From Candidatus Heimdallarchaeota archaeon B3_Heim (GTDB lineage Archaea > Asgardarchaeota > Heimdallarchaeia > Hodarchaeales > Hodarchaeaceae), in assembly GCA_003144275.1 (NCBI GenBank), contig NJBF01000010.1, forward strand, positions 61,452 through 93,451: a DNA stretch of 32,000 bases, written 5' to 3'. Below, piece by piece: positions 18,332-26,910 of the stretch (position 1 is the first letter of the stretch; the number at the start of each line of letters is the position of its first letter). Both the position numbers and the translations under genes were made by a program. The notes below the pieces were generated by a model. That model searched no databases. It saw nothing but the letters and a program-made list of their open reading frames with translations, and had not been told where the DNA came from.

Positions 18332-18658
18332 TTATTTCCAATCGTTGGTTGACAACCATTCCTCTACTGTTCCCCTGAGAATCTCCCATGGTTTGCTTGA
18401 ATTAAGATTGAACGACTTTGCTTGTGCCCAATAACTTGACATTTTCCCTTCTGCTTCAGGATCCGCTTTATTCCTTTTTTGCCATCTTTGAATGACAACT
18501 ATCCGTTTTTCCGCGTCATCAACAGATTGTACTAATAAAACGGCCGTCCACCAACGTCCACGACGTGATATTGTTTTTCCTTTAATTAAATGATAATAAT
18601 CAGAACGATAAGGGAAACTTTCTTTTGTTTTTTCATCTACCATTAGTAACACTCCCAT
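18332..18658 (-). CDS. Small hypothetical protein, possible PC4-like beta4-alpha nucleic-acid-binding fold
   Basis: Compact 108-aa ORF, Trp- and Arg/Lys-rich, with the pattern RIVVIQRWQK...W..KSFNL..KPWEILRGTVEEW. Confidence 0.4.
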   Translation of the reverse strand: MGVLLMVDEKTKESFPYRSDYYHLIKGKTISRRGRWWTAVLLVQSVDDAEKRIVVIQRWQKRNKADPEAEGKMSSYWAQAKSFNLNSSKPWEILRGTVEEWLSTNDWK

Positions 18659-18725
18659 TTTGTCTACTTAGGGCACATTTAAAACCAAAATAAAAAACTG
18701 GCTAGTCATACACAATTCGGGATAG

Positions 18726-18748
18726 CTCTTAAGATATATTTTTAAGAG
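18726..18748. promoter_or_regulatory. 7-bp inverted repeat flanking a TATA-like core in a divergent intergenic region
   Basis: CTCTTAA (18726-18732), GATATATTT, TTAAGAG (18742-18748). Confidence 0.3.
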
Positions 18749-18801
18749 GTGTCATTCAATTATTCTAGCATGAGTGGCTGTAAGTTAGAGTTGGTGTTTT
18801 T

Positions 18802-19824
18802 TTGAGCGAGTACGAAAGCTATATTCATTATGGGCGATTGGTAGTCCTTTTACAGTTTATTTTGATCCCTATTTACTTCTATTTGTTATCTTTTATTTTT
18901 GTAGGGGGTGTAATCTGGTTTTTAAAAACCCCAGATCTAGTTTTTCTTTCCGATTTCATTGTTTACGGAATTGGACCTCTCGTAATGGCTGTGCCTTTCT
19001 TTTTTTGGACGTACGGAAAGAAATATCAAATTGGTGATGCATATGAAACCTTTGGACGCGAAGTATGGCGTTTACCGACAACAATTAAAGCTTTTTATGG
19101 ATTTAATTTTCTACTAGGCATTATTTTTTTGTTTCCGTTGCTGGTGCCTGTTGTTTCCTTATTTGGAGGGTATTTCATTGCAGTGTATCTTTTTGGGTGG
19201 CGAGAGGAAGATAAAAAAATTTCCAACCAAAGGAAGACGCGGCTACTAACTCTATTATATTTTCCTTTACCATTGTTAGTTGTAATCGGATTTTATTTTG
19301 GATATGATCTATTAGGTACGCAATCAGGAATTTTTTCATTCTTCATCCAACTTATTGAATACTGGACATCACAAGTTGACCTCTTATATACATCTGCACT
19401 CATTTTAGCTGATTCAGCAACAATCGGAGGGGCTATTTATTTGATATATGAGGGAGCACAACAGGTTGATCGTGAGGTAGAAATTCCTGAAATTTTAATA
19501 ACTCTAATTTCATTAGTTTGTTTTATAATACTGGAAACACTCTTTTTATTCTTCTCCGATAGTTTTGAAGGATTTCTTGTATGGATTCATATTGTAGTCG
19601 TTATACTTGGAGTTTTATTACTCATAATCAGGTATTGGAAAGGATTGTTGACAAGTCGCGATACAAGTATCATTGGTTGGTTGACACTACTAATCTTTCA
19701 GCTTGTGAACTTTGCCACTGGAGCGTTAGAAACCATTAGCCGTTCTAGTGCAATTTTTATTGCATTTGCTATCTTCTTGTTCCTCTTTTGGGTGGCTTAT
19801 CAACGTGCAGGAAAACGTTATTGA
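18802..19824 (+). CDS. Polytopic membrane protein of unknown function
   Basis: 340 aa with about 9-10 hydrophobic segments and no family motif I recognise. Confidence 0.7.
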   Translation: MSEYESYIHYGRLVVLLQFILIPIYFYLLSFIFVGGVIWFLKTPDLVFLSDFIVYGIGPLVMAVPFFFWTYGKKYQIGDAYETFGREVWRLPTTIKAFYGFNFLLGIIFLFPLLVPVVSLFGGYFIAVYLFGWREEDKKISNQRKTRLLTLLYFPLPLLVVIGFYFGYDLLGTQSGIFSFFIQLIEYWTSQVDLLYTSALILADSATIGGAIYLIYEGAQQVDREVEIPEILITLISLVCFIILETLFLFFSDSFEGFLVWIHIVVVILGVLLLIIRYWKGLLTSRDTSIIGWLTLLIFQLVNFATGALETISRSSAIFIAFAIFLFLFWVAYQRAGKRY

Positions 19825-19869
19825 TGGAGGTAATTGTTTTATTAGCTCCTCAACCCCTTTGCTAGTAGT

Positions 19870-20901
19870 ATGAGCTCTCACCAGAAGATTCCCCCAACCC
19901 AACAATTCCAATTTCGTTTAACTATTGAAGAATGGATGGCTAATGAGTTTGAAAGAGTAACTTTACAGTACTCTGCATTGTTGGATGTCATTGAACAGGT
20001 TCGATTTTATGGTATTAATGGATTGATACAACTAGAGAATCAGAAAATCAGTCCCTTTTATTTTCATTTATCCGAAGAGCATGATGAAAAGTTTTTAATT
20101 ATCATTTTCTCTATTCCTGTTTTTCAGTCTTTAGATTCGAATGCCCTAACGACAGGGATGGAGTATTTCTCTGCTATTCTAAAAAATATCTTCTGTGAAA
20201 ATAAATCAGTGTCAGAATCGGAAATAATGGCATTTAACGATATTAAAAATCTGCCTTTAATTAGATCTCAGGATCAAGATATTATTCCTTATGAGGACTA
20301 CGCAGAAAAAATTGAATTACAATTACGTATGAAAGTGCGAACTGGTATCCAGATCTTTCCTGTTGCTAAATTAATTGAAGATATTTCTACCAAATCTATG
20401 CAACATTTGAAAGAATTAAGAAAAGCTAAGGCAGCTCTTGTCACCATTCAATCAAATCTTCGAGAATATTCTGCCAGGATTGCCAACAAATATCGTATAT
20501 CGGTCAAACCATACTTGTTTAGAACTGCATTAGAAAATCGATTTGAACCATCTTTTATTTCAGTATTTTCTTTAGATGCAACAAGTCAAGTAAAAGATGA
20601 TTTTTCCGTTCTAGTATTTACTACTGAGGTAATAAAGAGAATTAGTAAAAATGAACTGAAAATATTAATTGCTTATGAAATTATATATGATTTGTTAAAG
20701 GATAAATTCTCAAGGGGTTTAGTAGAACGAGAAATCTATCAAATTCTGTCAAATGGGAAAAAAAATGATCCGAATTTCTTCATTGTAAATGAACTGAAAA
20801 AATTTTTTACAGAGGAAGAAATTTCAAATGCTCAAAATGCAATTAAACAGACAATAGAGGATCTTCTAGAAGAAAAATATCCCATTATGAGACTTGATTG
20901 A
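19870..20901 (+). CDS. Hypothetical protein with a degenerate zincin (M48-like) region, YExxY in place of HExxH
   Basis: SVLVFTTEVIKRISKNELKILIAYEIIYDLL follows the M48 spacing vt.gll..L..eEl.aVlaHExxH. Confidence 0.45.
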   Translation: MSSHQKIPPTQQFQFRLTIEEWMANEFERVTLQYSALLDVIEQVRFYGINGLIQLENQKISPFYFHLSEEHDEKFLIIIFSIPVFQSLDSNALTTGMEYFSAILKNIFCENKSVSESEIMAFNDIKNLPLIRSQDQDIIPYEDYAEKIELQLRMKVRTGIQIFPVAKLIEDISTKSMQHLKELRKAKAALVTIQSNLREYSARIANKYRISVKPYLFRTALENRFEPSFISVFSLDATSQVKDDFSVLVFTTEVIKRISKNELKILIAYEIIYDLLKDKFSRGLVEREIYQILSNGKKNDPNFFIVNELKKFFTEEEISNAQNAIKQTIEDLLEEKYPIMRLD

Positions 20902-20938
20902 AGTCGAAAGTGAGATAATAGGTAGAGGAAAAAGAGTT

Positions 20939-21571
20939 ATGTCAGATATTCAACAATTAGAGCAAGAAATCCTTCAGGACGCACAAAATAATGCGGAAAA
21001 CATACTAAAAAAAGCAAAGAAGGAAGCTGATGAGATATTAAGCCAAGCGAAAAGTAAAAATAAAGAGCTAATGCAAAAGATGGAGAAAGAACAACTCGAA
21101 AGACAAGAAATCGAAGTACAGCGGGAACTTTCACGAATTAGGATCAAGAATAAAATTGAAATCGAGAATCTAAAAGAATCTCTTGTACAAGAGATATTTG
21201 ATGATAGCATAAATAAAATCAAACAGATGCGCGAACAAAAAGACAAAAGATACCTGAATGCTCTTTCTGATCTTATAATTTTAAGTGGAACGATCTTAGA
21301 AGGCGGAGAAATGAGTATCACTTTACACCCTAGTGATGCACAAACCATCGAAGAAAATTCCTTGGAAGCTGAAATCGCAAAAAAAACTGGAACCAGCACC
21401 AAAATCAATGTATCTTCCAAGGAGCAAGATCTTATAAATGGCGGTGTGATTTTCCAAAAAGGATCTTTAATTGTTAATAACACTTTTAATGCTATTTTTG
21501 ATCGGAGAAAAGAAGCAATAAGAAATAAATTGAATTCTGTCGTTTTCAACAAGGGGAGTAAAGGAGAATAA
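20939..21571 (+). CDS. atpE: A/V-type ATP synthase subunit E (peripheral stalk), isolated copy
   Basis: N-terminal coiled coil (EQEILQDAQNNAENILKKAKKEADEIL), then a globular domain with ITLHPSD and GGVIFQKGSLIVNNTFNAIF. ATG 20939 is preferred over TTG 20894. The symbol follows archaeal nomenclature. Confidence 0.85.
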   Translation: MSDIQQLEQEILQDAQNNAENILKKAKKEADEILSQAKSKNKELMQKMEKEQLERQEIEVQRELSRIRIKNKIEIENLKESLVQEIFDDSINKIKQMREQKDKRYLNALSDLIILSGTILEGGEMSITLHPSDAQTIEENSLEAEIAKKTGTSTKINVSSKEQDLINGGVIFQKGSLIVNNTFNAIFDRRKEAIRNKLNSVVFNKGSKGE

Positions 21572-21669
21572 AAGTGCATAAAAGATATAGACAGTATCAA
21601 AAAAAGAAAATTTCAGTCTTAACGACACAAAAAGATTCTCTTCATAGAGTATATGGATCGGTACGCCCC

Positions 21670-22386
21670 ATGATACGTAAAATCATTCGACCAAGCATCA
21701 TCGTGTTTGTGATAATGCTTTCTTTAGGTATTTTGCCTTCTACCCAGCCCAAGATGATTCAACTGCATATTGCAAAAGCACAATCCATATCTCCACTATT
21801 AGAAATTCAACAAGTGAATCTTGAAGTCGAAAAAAACGGCAAATATCAACTTCTGGAAGAATTAGTACTTGACGAACCTACTACAGGTAAAGAAACATTG
21901 ATACCACAGCTCGTTAATAACTCTAAACTTCGAGTCAATGCTTCCTATTCAACAATTATTGGAAATCCAGAATCAATTGTTATTCACATCTTTGCGGTAA
22001 AGGTATACGAAGTCCTAACAGGACAAAGTGCCAACCTCACATGGGACAGTCACATGGGACAATCAAGATACAGTGAAGATAATCCTGAAGAATTAATATT
22101 ACCTCCGAATTCTTCGAAATCAGAAGTTATAATTATTCCATACCTTGCATTACCGACATATGGGAATTATAAATTCGTATTTACTGTTCAATATCATGTT
22201 TATGGGGGAGAAACGGTAGCTACAGAAGTTTATTTTGCTAAAAATATGTCTTTCGAGTTCGTTGAGAGTTTACCCGAGCCTCCGTATATTTTGTACTTCC
22301 TTTTTTACAGTGTATTACTTGTTTTAATTGCATTTGTCACTTTGGGAGTATATGGAACTCGTAAATATAAGGATTTAGAGATATAA
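21670..22386 (+). CDS. Predicted secreted, C-terminally membrane-anchored protein
   Basis: From ATG 21670: MIRKIIRPSIIVFVIMLSLGILPS (signal-like), a beta-rich ectodomain, TM YILYFLFYSVLLVLIAFVTLGVYG, and a basic stop-transfer TRKYK. Confidence 0.65.
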   Translation: MIRKIIRPSIIVFVIMLSLGILPSTQPKMIQLHIAKAQSISPLLEIQQVNLEVEKNGKYQLLEELVLDEPTTGKETLIPQLVNNSKLRVNASYSTIIGNPESIVIHIFAVKVYEVLTGQSANLTWDSHMGQSRYSEDNPEELILPPNSSKSEVIIIPYLALPTYGNYKFVFTVQYHVYGGETVATEVYFAKNMSFEFVESLPEPPYILYFLFYSVLLVLIAFVTLGVYGTRKYKDLEI

Positions 22387-22390
22387 TTAT

Positions 22391-23287
22391 TTATTCTTGA
22401 GTCTTGACTTCAAATCCCAAAACTGGCGAATCTAAATATTTTTGATTATAATCAGTAATTCTCATATTGATTAGCTGTAAAAATATTCGATTTCTATTAT
22501 TTGCAACAAGTGAAAAAACCGCCAATGTCCCAGAATCTAACGATTCATGAAAGTATTCCGATTTTTCCACAAAATCTTGCGTATGACTCGTGGATGCGTT
22601 GTAAATTTTGACTTTGTAAGTAACTCGGAAGAATTGAGGGTGAGGCATTTTTAAGACGAGTTTTAACAGGAAAGGTTCGTCCAGATGGGCATGCGATGGG
22701 CCCTCTAATGATAACGTAATATCTTTCCACGATACTGTGTTTTCGGCTGTTAATTCTGGTAATATTTCCGGTATCTCGAATAGTTCTCGTGTGAGTTGCT
22801 CATGAACAGAAAGAAAGTCAAATTCTTCATTAAATAGATAATCAACGGTATATGGATGAGATGTGTAAGAATCTACTCTGTAGATATTGAAACCTGGTGA
22901 TTGAGAGTTAATCTTAGTTGGATCTAATACAAGTCCAAAGGATTGGGAATGCATACTCTGATATGTTCGCTGGGTTTCTATATCTGTACCTGAAAAAAAC
23001 AAGCCTAATCCAGGATGAGTGTGAGCCCAACCTACGATTACCTCTCCTTGGTCAATTCGTTCAAAAGAAATTAAAGAAAAAACCTTTTCATAATCACTTA
23101 TATCTACAAAGACAGATGAACCGGCACCAATGGGGATAATATCAGTTACAATTATCGATTCATCGTTAATTCGACCCAAGATTAATCCAATACATTCTCT
23201 CCAATAACGTGACCTTTCTAGAGGATTAGCATTCTCGAGTGCGAACTTTAGAAATTTTTTGTAGACTTCCTTTGGAATTTGGATCAT
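22391..23287 (-). CDS. JAB1/MPN+ (JAMM) metallo-isopeptidase, Rpn11/CSN5-like, with beta-rich C-terminal domain
   Basis: ECIGLILG (catalytic Glu31) and VGWAHTHPGLGLFFSGTDIETQ (H89, H91, S99, D102), followed by FGLVLDP. Confidence 0.9.
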   Translation of the reverse strand: MIQIPKEVYKKFLKFALENANPLERSRYWRECIGLILGRINDESIIVTDIIPIGAGSSVFVDISDYEKVFSLISFERIDQGEVIVGWAHTHPGLGLFFSGTDIETQRTYQSMHSQSFGLVLDPTKINSQSPGFNIYRVDSYTSHPYTVDYLFNEEFDFLSVHEQLTRELFEIPEILPELTAENTVSWKDITLSLEGPSHAHLDEPFLLKLVLKMPHPQFFRVTYKVKIYNASTSHTQDFVEKSEYFHESLDSGTLAVFSLVANNRNRIFLQLINMRITDYNQKYLDSPVLGFEVKTQE

Positions 23288-23302
23288 ATAGGCATCCCAA
23301 TG

Positions 23303-24082
23303 CTAGGAAAGAATTTTAATTGCGTGAATAAGGATTCCAGAGTAAACAATTGAACGAAATTTAGGCCGCATTATATGTTTTTTTGGGTTAACATTGAAAT
23401 CTCTACGAGTAATCTCAAATACTTGCTGTAATTCAAAAGCCGAATTTTGATTGATTTTCTCAACAGTTTGTTCTACTTGTCCCCAATTAGGTACAAAGCA
23501 GATTAAATGCCCACCACCAATTAAAGTTGGAGCAATGGAATCAATTGCCTCGAAAGGGGTTGAAAAATCTAAAAAAAATGCATCAAGAAGTGGAACATTA
23601 AAAGATTCACGTATATCTTGAACTTGGAATGTAATGTTGTTTTGCAATCCAGTCATTTGGATATTTTGCTCTGCGTTGCGTAGATGCTTCTCGTTTACAT
23701 CAAAAGAGTATACATGTCCATCAGGAGCTACTGCCCAAGCAAGAAATGTAGTTAAGGCCCCCGATCCAGTACCTGCTTCCCCAACGTTCATACCATTCCC
23801 TACTCCTGCTACGCTACAAGCTACAGCACAATCGTCCGCATACAATATTTGTGTTTTTAAGGTAAAAGAACGGAGGAAGTCTCTAGGTGAAGGTTTCAAC
23901 AGCACTATTTGCCCCTTCGTTACTGAAATCACCTGTCCATATTTCAATCCGATAATCTTGTCATGATCTATTCGGCCAAGATGGGTTGATTTTTCTCCCT
24001 CGTTCTCTAGCCTGAAGATCCAAGATTTAGGTTTCCTCTCTGTGATTTCAACTGCTCTGACAATACACCCTTCTTTGAGCAT
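23303..24082 (-). CDS. trmI: tRNA (adenine-57/58-N1) methyltransferase
   Basis: TQILYADD, EAGTGSGALT, AVAPDGHVYSFD, FFLDFSTP, ICFVPNWGQV. Confidence 0.9.
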   Translation of the reverse strand: MLKEGCIVRAVEITERKPKSWIFRLENEGEKSTHLGRIDHDKIIGLKYGQVISVTKGQIVLLKPSPRDFLRSFTLKTQILYADDCAVACSVAGVGNGMNVGEAGTGSGALTTFLAWAVAPDGHVYSFDVNEKHLRNAEQNIQMTGLQNNITFQVQDIRESFNVPLLDAFFLDFSTPFEAIDSIAPTLIGGGHLICFVPNWGQVEQTVEKINQNSAFELQQVFEITRRDFNVNPKKHIMRPKFRSIVYSGILIHAIKILS

Positions 24083-24091
24083 TTTATCCTC

Positions 24092-24478
24092 TCATGCTAA
24101 ATTGGTAAAAATTGTGGGAGGTGATTTAAGATTGATAATTGGAATAAATCGAATTAAACCAGTGTGGGCGTTTTCTAAGTCTTGCTCTTTTAGAAATTGA
24201 AGAAATGTAATTTGGTTAACAGATTTTTGTAAATCATATCGGACTAATGATTGCCCTTCTTCTTCAAGCTCGGACTCTGTAGTAATAAAAAAGAGTACAG
24301 GTAATGCTCGGTAATCGAAATATCCAGGAAAAATAGCAAAAGAACTGTAAAAATATTTTTCTCCCTCTATCTTCCATTTAAAAATGGTAGAAGGTCTATC
24401 TGGACTAGAACTTGTAATTAAGCGTACAAGATCTACAAAGCTCGATAATTCAATTCCATAGGCACTCGGTAATTCCAT
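24092..24478 (-). CDS. Hypothetical protein
   Basis: 128-aa ORF tightly packed in the operon (14-bp and 9-bp gaps). No family recognised. Confidence 0.65.
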   Translation of the reverse strand: MELPSAYGIELSSFVDLVRLITSSSPDRPSTIFKWKIEGEKYFYSSFAIFPGYFDYRALPVLFFITTESELEEEGQSLVRYDLQKSVNQITFLQFLKEQDLENAHTGLIRFIPIINLKSPPTIFTNLA

Positions 24479-24492
24479 TAATCTAACCCTCT

Positions 24493-25224
24493 CTAAGTGG
24501 TCCTCTTCAGCCCAAAGAAGTTAAGCAATTGCTCTATCTCTTCCTCTGAGTCAACAATTCGTTTGTTGAATCCACGTCGATATTCTTTCTCATTTAAAGT
24601 ATCAATCATTATACTTACATTTCTTTTTCGAACAGGTGATAAATGCTGATCATATAAAACGAAAAGAGTTTTCTTCTCGAGATCAGCAACGACGTAGGCA
24701 TCCGATGGGATCATAACTGGGTCTATATGTTCTATCAATTTGTCTTTAGATACACGATAGATTCGTATAGGATTTGTACTAATTAAAGCAGTTAAGCGGG
24801 AATCTATTTCTTTCATTTTATCTTGAATAAAGTCCTCCTCTGTCTTGAATATATCAGGAGTAACATTCGATAGATATGAGAGAATAAGACCATGTGCATG
24901 TGATATAATACGTTTAAGCTGTCTCTTGAAAATAACACAGATAACTGAAGGCCTCTTATTCAGACGAGGATCTATTGTAAACATTGCATTAACAAAGAAT
25001 GCATAAGCTAAACAAAGAAATTCTTCATTTGAAGGAACAGGTAATGGTCCAAAGATATCTCCGCTAATTTCTTCCCCGATTAGTGTCATTATACGGATTG
25101 ACAGATTGAAGGCTTGATCTTCTGACACATGTTTTTCAGCGGAGTTGAAGATCACTTGAGGTCCTGCATCGGTGAAAATGCTTATTATTATTCCGACTAC
25201 TGGACTCTCTGTTTTTACGGTCAT
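24493..25224 (-). CDS. uDENN/longin-like domain fused to a gelsolin-like domain
   Basis: N-half: GIIISIFTDAGPQVIF, IFGPLPVP, LAYAFFV..IDPR..SVICVIF. C-half: IRIYRV..SDAYVVAD..LFVLY..SPVRKR..RIVDSEEE..LLNFFG. ATG 25224 is preferred over 25260. Confidence 0.55.
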   Translation of the reverse strand: MTVKTESPVVGIIISIFTDAGPQVIFNSAEKHVSEDQAFNLSIRIMTLIGEEISGDIFGPLPVPSNEEFLCLAYAFFVNAMFTIDPRLNKRPSVICVIFKRQLKRIISHAHGLILSYLSNVTPDIFKTEEDFIQDKMKEIDSRLTALISTNPIRIYRVSKDKLIEHIDPVMIPSDAYVVADLEKKTLFVLYDQHLSPVRKRNVSIMIDTLNEKEYRRGFNKRIVDSEEEIEQLLNFFGLKRTT

Positions 25225-25312
25225 CTTGAATCGCCGTTGATTAAATATTAGGATTCTCACTTAAAAATACAGCTAGACAATATCCTCAATCATCAGATTC
25301 AATTTTTATATG

Positions 25313-26392
25313 CTAAGGAATTACGTTTGTTTGGGTTGCCAGAGTCTTTGCTGCTTTTTTTGATAATCCTGTTTCGCCTAGAATCGTATAAATTGAATCC
25401 ACTTTATGAGCCTTTCGTAATGCGCTTATGATTGATTCTGAATCTACTTCTTCTTCTAAATCATCTATGTTTGTAGGACAACCCGCTGATTCTAATATTT
25501 TTATTATTTGTTCATAATCTTGACCCTGTAATTTTGCCATTAGAATTGTCCCAAGGGCGACTCGCTCTCCATGAAGAATATCAATTCCTGTTGTTTCTGA
25601 ATGTAAAGCTTGAGAAAATAAATGTTCTGAACCATACCCTACTCTTATATCATTAGAAGTTCCCATAAGGACTCCTGCGATAAGTAAAGCTTTCAATACC
25701 ACTTTTATTGCATGTTCTTGATCTAATAATGCTTCTGAAACTTGATGTTGAAATAAGGAATCTGCACTTTGTAAAACTCCCCCAACAAATCTTGAGAATT
25801 TGACAGATTTTATCCTATGAGCATACCTCCAATCCCAGATAGCAGTCATTTTTCCAACGGTGTCACCAACCCCTGCCGCTAAATATCTAGGTAAGTCAGG
25901 ATGTTGGATAATTTTATCAATATCTGCAACGATAGCAACTGGAGGCCGACTTTCTCCGATATATGTCTCTGTAGGATCATTTAAAAAGATAAAAGGAGAA
26001 GCTATTCCATCATGAGAGGTTGTGGTAGGTACAGAGATCAATTCTGTCTTTTGGTTGGCCTTAAATGAACAATATTTTCCAACATCAATTACTTTTCCTC
26101 CTCCCGCACAAATCATGATATTAGATCCAGTATCTTTCACTCTATCTTGATAGGTTATGGCCGCTTCAAGGGAAGCCTCTTCCACAATCAAGGTGTCAAA
26201 GGGGATATCTTTATCTTCTAAAATTGCATAGACTTCCTCCCCTACAATCTGACGTGTTTTGGTACCTGAAAGAACCATCACTTTAGGTTTGAATCTCAAA
26301 GAATCAATTATTTGCGGGATTTTATCAAGAATCGAATTACCAATAATGATAGATCTTGGTACGATCGATTCTAGAATCTCTGATCCCGGCAT
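25313..26392 (-). CDS. egsA: sn-glycerol-1-phosphate dehydrogenase (archaeal ether-lipid backbone)
   Basis: GGGKVIDVGK, PTTTSHDGIASP, AGVGD..KMTA..DW, GSEH, LHGERVALG. Confidence 0.92.
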   Translation of the reverse strand: MPGSEILESIVPRSIIIGNSILDKIPQIIDSLRFKPKVMVLSGTKTRQIVGEEVYAILEDKDIPFDTLIVEEASLEAAITYQDRVKDTGSNIMICAGGGKVIDVGKYCSFKANQKTELISVPTTTSHDGIASPFIFLNDPTETYIGESRPPVAIVADIDKIIQHPDLPRYLAAGVGDTVGKMTAIWDWRYAHRIKSVKFSRFVGGVLQSADSLFQHQVSEALLDQEHAIKVVLKALLIAGVLMGTSNDIRVGYGSEHLFSQALHSETTGIDILHGERVALGTILMAKLQGQDYEQIIKILESAGCPTNIDDLEEEVDSESIISALRKAHKVDSIYTILGETGLSKKAAKTLATQTNVIP

Positions 26393-26910
26393 TGTGAATC
26401 TATCCCTTAATCTTACCTTTATAAGATTAATGACGCAATCCTTAAAAACTCCTGTGTGCGGGGGAGAGAACAGAGGAATTTAAAGCGAAGAATCACATTT
26501 CTCTTCGGGGAATTATGCTAAATCTTGTAATGGTTTCTTGTATCCATTCTAATATCTCCTAAATTTGTATCTTACTTATAAGGTATTAAATTAATACTGG
26601 ATCGGATTATACTCTTCAATTATAATATTGAGCAAAAAAAGAAAATATATAATTCCCTTTTCCCTTATTATATTAAGGCTCCCCCAATCATTCAGAATAT
26701 TACCAAAAAATATGAGGACAGGAATAATTTAACCCTCTTATGCTAAGAAATTTAATTTCTAAATTATCAACCAAACTTAGAAATTTAGATATGTTACTTG
26801 TAGCAGGCTGAATCTTTATTCAAGAGTGGATAATTAAATTAATCTTTACAGTATTGGGCAAAACTACGGATAAAAACCGCAAAGAAACAATTTAAAGGAT
26901 AGAAACATGA

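Noticed and set aside
20974-21600. 208-aa hydrophobic minus-strand ORF
   Set aside because: Antisense of the Lys/Glu-rich subunit E, which naturally yields Phe/Leu/Ser-rich stop-poor frames.
23634-23966. 110-aa plus-strand ORF
   Set aside because: Antisense to the well-supported trmI; no independent signature.
26800-26885. Riboswitch-like words (GCTGAATC as in ydaO/c-di-AMP; GGCAAA as in c-di-GMP-I)
   Set aside because: Only isolated short words. The remaining conserved elements and pairings are absent.
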